A stretch of DNA of 64,000 nt, taken from Nemertoderma westbladi (Eukaryota > Animalia > Xenacoelomorpha). The translations under genes were made by a program, and so were the position numbers. Positions 59,721-64,000 of the stretch are shown here, piece by piece. Within the stretch, counting starts at the first letter, position 1, and every line of letters starts with the position of its first letter. The stretch lies in assembly GCA_032718475.1 (NCBI GenBank), contig JAUCBJ010007752.1, forward strand, positions 26,544 through 90,543. The letters are read 5' to 3'. The notes under the pieces are model-generated. The model saw only the letters and a program-made list of their open reading frames with translations, ran no database searches and was not told the origin of the DNA.

Positions 59721-61132
59721 TTTTGAATGGCCTCAAAATGCAGCTTACTAGGTCATGTATATATAGTAGGCCATGGGAGCGTTATATAAAATGCTATATC
59801 TCAAAAACGGCATGACAGATTTTGAAAAAATTTAGCAGCGGCTTTCTGTCATTCATATCTATCGTTAGGGGTATGATACATTTGACCTTCCGTGTATATT
59901 TAGTATTCCATGAGCTAACTTATATTTACTGAATTATTTTTAGTTACATAGATATTAATGTCTGAGTTATCCCTTTTTAAACGGAACCGTTTAAAATGAG
60001 CTAACTCAAAATTGTTGGAATTATTTTGAGTAAGCTCCCTGGGTTAAACGGTTCTGTTTAAACGTAGCTAACTCAGTTAATGGAATTCCTATTCAAAATG
60101 ATAATTGTAATTAAATTAAATTTATTATACCAGTACAGGCTATAAATATTGAAATTGATATCCAATCACAATGGGGTAGACAAGTCGGAATTTTTTTTCG
60201 AGTTTTCGTTGGTTTCATGTGAAAGAGCATGTGAAAAAACCCCAGAGAGCAATTTTACTTAAAAAAATTAATATTGGCCGAGTTATAGCGATTTTAAAAC
60301 GCAAAATTAGCAACATCGAAAAATCAGGCTGTTTCAGAAAACTGCACGAGTGACGTCACTCGTGCAGCACTAAATGTTCATTGGTTACTATACAATATAA
60401 ATCTCTTAGTAACTAAAATAAATTGTGTAGCTAATTTTTATTTAGTGTGTTTTGGTGTTGTGTTAAGAATACATTATTTGATATCTTAATGTGGAAATTG
60501 ATTCATAACAAGTTAATTATTCCAGAATAATAATTATTTATCCCAAACTATACAGTTGTTAGCTATAAAAATAAAACATATTTTGTAGCTAAAACTGCCA
60601 GGTGGTAGAAATCCAGTAGCTTATTGATGTTTTATTAAGCTTCAAAACTTAGATTACTTTGGATTAGATTGTGGATTCGCACTTTTTCGATTGTAATTAT
60701 TTTTATACAAGTTCAATTATTGAATTCCATAAAGCATTGATAGTTAGTCCATGTAGCTGTAATGGATGACGTAGTAAAAATATCTTCAGCTGCCATCTCA
60801 ATACAATCAGCATTAATCAGAATTTAGTTGAACTATAACTATAATTTACATTTTTTAATTATCTATTTTTTCACAATTTTGGGAAATATATATTTCTTCT
60901 AGAAGCTACTACTACTTTTCAGTAAACTTTGCATGTATATGGAATCATATGATACTTCAACTATTTTCACTTCGCCATTTATTTCAAAAGATGGATCTGC
61001 GACGCTAAACAAGGCCCATTGTTTATTGCAAAGATGTATTTGAAGTTGGATTTGTGACATGAATTTAGCGCTTACGATATTCGATTGTGTAAGATAAGAT
61101 TTTTGAATGGCATGTTTTGATGTTGGATATTT

Positions 61133-61411
61133 ATAAATGAATTGTTGTGGGGTGGGTGACGGCGAATTAAATATAATATGTTATAGTACATTATTGTGCA
61201 TACATTATAGTGACTGAAAAAGGCCTAAATATGATAGCCCACTCCATAGCGAATAAATCTTCTACCGCCCTGGTAGCTCAGTGGTCTTAGGACACAAACT
61301 CGGCTGATGATAACCGGAAGTTTGAAACCTAGGTACCGGGTTCGAGCCCCAATAGTGGTGGTTGATATTTTTCGCTATGGAGAGCATTATCATAATGTAC
61401 TATAACATATT
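61133..61411 (+). mobile_element. Small insertion with a 13-bp TSD, foldback arms and a central tRNA-like/hammerhead unit
   Basis: Direct repeat ATGTTGGA(T/C)ATTT at 61120-61132 and 61412-61424; inverted arms at 61173-61194 / 61392-61413 and about 61230-61270 / 61355-61393. Confidence 0.8.
61265..61372 (+). ncRNA. tRNA-like Pol III unit containing a type I hammerhead ribozyme
   Basis: A-box TAGCTCAGTGG 61274-61284; CTCGG-CTGATGA-tAAC cggaa GTTt-GAAA-CCTAGG-TA-CCGGG 61299-61340; B-box GGTTCGAGCCC 61339-61349; T5 61368-61372. Confidence 0.8.
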
Positions 61412-61889
61412 ATGTTGGACATTTTACTTCTACCACATGCGTTGGTGTAATGGCATCTGAAATGGCATCAAAAAATAAGATTTTGTGGTATTTTATAAAA
61501 ACACTAGCTACAATATTAAAACAGTACATACCATTGAAAACACTAGCTACCACAAACATTTGTTTTTATTTTCTTTAAAACATTTTTTTTTCACATGTAA
61601 CTAGCCAAAATATATCAAGAACATAAACCAATAGCCCAAAACATTACGTTTTGGTATTTTTTGGTATTTTGATATTTTTGGATGTCAAACCAAAAACGGC
61701 TAGAGTTCTGTACATCCGTACATCATTCTGTACATTTTTAAAATGACTTGAATTGCCCGTGTATTGTCATTTAATGTTATGGAATAGATTTTTTATATTG
61801 TACTATTGCATTTGTTTATTACATACAAATAGTTGATTTTTTATAAAAATAACTTTATACAGTGTACTGTAACAACTGTATCTAATAGA

Positions 61890-62954
61890 TTACGCAGCTG
61901 GGTATGCACGTTTTATTGCATCAATTATATACATGAAACTATTCCTACTCTCTTTCCGCATTTGTCTCCTCCAAAGATACGTGATGATTTTGTCTGCGAA
62001 CTTATCTGCGTATTCTGAACATTTGGTGCATTCGGCACGTTTATTATATTTCGCACATATCTTTATCCTGGTCTTCTGTTTGATCTGCTTTAATTTCTTC
62101 TTATGGATTTCGCATGCCTTCTGCACGCTTTCGCAATCACTGCATTCCTCTTGTTCCTCGTTGATTTTAGTAGTCTTTTCCTTTGCTTCTCTGCCCAGTT
62201 TGTTCAAATCCGTTTCACATTTTTTGCAGACACTTCTCAATTTCACAGTTCTAAAGTAATCCTTTGCTGGTTTCCATGACGATTCTATCCTGTTTGTGTG
62301 TGTTCCGTCCTCAGCAACGAAAGGATTTGTCTTTGAGCTGTGATTTACAACCTTATGCGTGTATTCTAGATTCTCTAGGTCGTTGTACGCCTTCCATAGA
62401 TCCGTTCGTATTGTTGTTCCATCTTTAATGTGCTTCTTAATGATGGGCAGTAATTCATTTGCGCTTCTTTTATTATTTGGGCAAAGAATTAACCGTAGGT
62501 CCTCTTTTCCGTCTTCTATCATTCCTAATACCCAATGTCCCTCAGTCCTACGCCCTTTGTTGTGCTTTCGTTTACCAAATGTACTTTCATCGATTTGCAC
62601 AATCGTTTCTGGCCCTCCCATTTGTCCCTTTGCTTCCTGTTCCTCAAGAAATCTATCTGTAATCAATTCTTGGCAGTAATTGTACCAGTCGGCTATACTC
62701 TCTTGGGACAATCGTATGTTGTCTGGTTCGTTCTCTGAATTTATATCTATTGCTTCACGGCGACAGTAGTCGTAAGAGTCATTGACAGAGTATGAGTATA
62801 TTATATTAAGTACTTTTTCAGGCGCCAGTTTCACTCCCTCAAACCATGTTCCCTTTGTTATTGAAATTTCGTTTTCTCTACATTCTCCATTTCTGCATCT
62901 AAATCTTCCAATTCCCTTAGTTTTTTCATTAAAATGCATGTCAGTATGGTGCAC
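61890..62954 (-). CDS. Merlin/ISXO2-like DDE transposase (N-terminus disrupted)
   Basis: VQIDES.FGKRK..KGR..WVLG, IRTDLWKAY, VNHS, HTNRIESSW. Confidence 0.92.
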   Translation of the reverse strand: MHHTDMHFNEKTKGIGRFRCRNGECRENEISITKGTWFEGVKLAPEKVLNIIYSYSVNDSYDYCRREAIDINSENEPDNIRLSQESIADWYNYCQELITDRFLEEQEAKGQMGGPETIVQIDESTFGKRKHNKGRRTEGHWVLGMIEDGKEDLRLILCPNNKRSANELLPIIKKHIKDGTTIRTDLWKAYNDLENLEYTHKVVNHSSKTNPFVAEDGTHTNRIESSWKPAKDYFRTVKLRSVCKKCETDLNKLGREAKEKTTKINEEQEECSDCESVQKACEIHKKKLKQIKQKTRIKICAKYNKRAECTKCSEYADKFADKIITYLWRRQMRKESRNSFMYIIDAIKRAYPAA

Positions 62955-64000
62955 AGTGCATATCTTTTTTTGGAAGAAGATTAACTCCCTGTAACCAGTT
63001 AATTGTCGATGTCCTGTCCCTGCACACGCTGTACAAATGACGGCGATTGATAATGGAACACATTTTTTCTGCTTTTTTAGAATGTTCTATAATATTTAAT
63101 TAGCATCACTCAAGAAACATGGTGTTATGGTATAGTAAAAAAATCTCGCAAAATGGGGGGACGTACGGAACTGTTCCCCCAAAAACAGCTATTATGAAAG
63201 GCAGAATAGTGGTGACACGCCGCAGGCAACACTAGTACCAGTAACAGTGAACTGACAAAAAAAAACTAAATAATTTCCATCTAGTGCTAATCTACCCATC
63301 CCGCATTGTTCGCTGTAAAAACAATTAAAAAATATATTAATGAAATGCCTGGCAGTATTTAGCTAGCTATATTTGTTTTTAGCTACAGCTCTATGGTACA
63401 GGTATGGGCGAAATAAATATTATTCTAGAATAATTAACTTGATATGAATAATTTGCCTCCATACCACTATCCTATAATCGATTCTTAACACAACATAAAT
63501 ACACATCCAAATAAATACATAGCTACATTTATTATTTGTTTTATTTTAGATACTGCAATATTATACTTTATATTAGCCAATCAACTGCGCTTGACAACTG
63601 TTGCTGTGTTATGGCTGACGTCACTCGTGCAGTTTTCTGAAACGGCCTGATTTTTCGATGTTGCTAATTTTGCGTTTTAAAATTGCTATAACTCGGCAAA
63701 TATTAATTTTTTTGAAGTAAAATTGCTCTCTGGGGTTTTTTCACATGCTCTTTCACATGAAACCAACGAAAACTCGAAAAAGAATTTCCGATTCGTCTAC
63801 CCCATTCCAAATAGTACTGTGGGGGATGTAAATGCCACATATAAATAACTAACGTACTAGTGAGCTATTTTATTATTGTTAAACATTGTTGTGTTTTATA
63901 TGTTCTAGAATACGTAATACTCAAGGAAACGAGTTAAGTGTCCGAACGATAGGTATGCCATCGAGTGGACGCTACATCACTCCCCCCCAGTGAGGGCACG

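Larger units (their letters stand above)
60870..61480 (-). pseudogene. YqaJ/lambda-exonuclease-like gene remnant, interrupted by a 279-bp insertion
   Basis: Removing the insert restores SDAITPTHVVEVKCP-TSKHAIQKSYL..FMSQIQLQIHLCNKQWALFSVADP..EVSYD..IFPKL. Confidence 0.75.
60173..63803 (-). mobile_element. Merlin (IS1595/ISXO2-like) DNA transposon with long TIRs
   Basis: GGGGTAGAC.. TIRs of about 190 bp (60173-60366 / 63616-63803), weaker inverted similarity to about 430 bp, and an internal transposase. No exact TSD seen. Confidence 0.85.

Noticed and set aside
60165-60172. 8-bp TSD for the Merlin element
   Set aside because: The flanks ATCACAAT and ATTCCAAA match at only 5 of 8 positions.

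Overview
Eukaryotic, most likely invertebrate animal, repeat-dense DNA. I can support no host protein-coding gene; the window is a stack of nested transposable elements. From left to right: (1) a minus-strand LINE whose ORF1 carries SAP, Ulp1-type protease and 10-aa repeat modules; (2) a foldback-like scaffold of 20-bp palindromic satellite with pogo- and HTH-transposase remnants; (3) a very young 18.45-kb BEL/Pao LTR retrotransposon (7479-25928); (4) a degenerate CRE-like retroelement; (5) a SWIM-finger DNA transposon remnant; (6) an RTE LINE; (7) a Penelope-like element with a hammerhead; (8) a PIF/Harbinger element holding a SINE and an RTEX-like LINE; (9) MITEs; (10) a Merlin-type transposon with a YqaJ-like gene. 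Two things stand out. First, the BEL element has no tRNA-type PBS: the 11 nt after its 5' LTR are the exact complement of an LTR-internal sequence that precedes a G19 run (candidate self-priming). It also has TA..TA termini, a tRNA-like Pol III cassette in each LTR, exonuclease-like and zinc-knuckle accessory ORFs, and a 20-bp palindromic motif present 9 times. Second, a 279-bp TSD-flanked insertion (61133-61411) holds a complete hammerhead ribozyme core between the A and B boxes of a tRNA-like Pol III unit, and this hammerhead resembles the one in the Penelope element. All family calls come from motif recognition by eye, not database searches.
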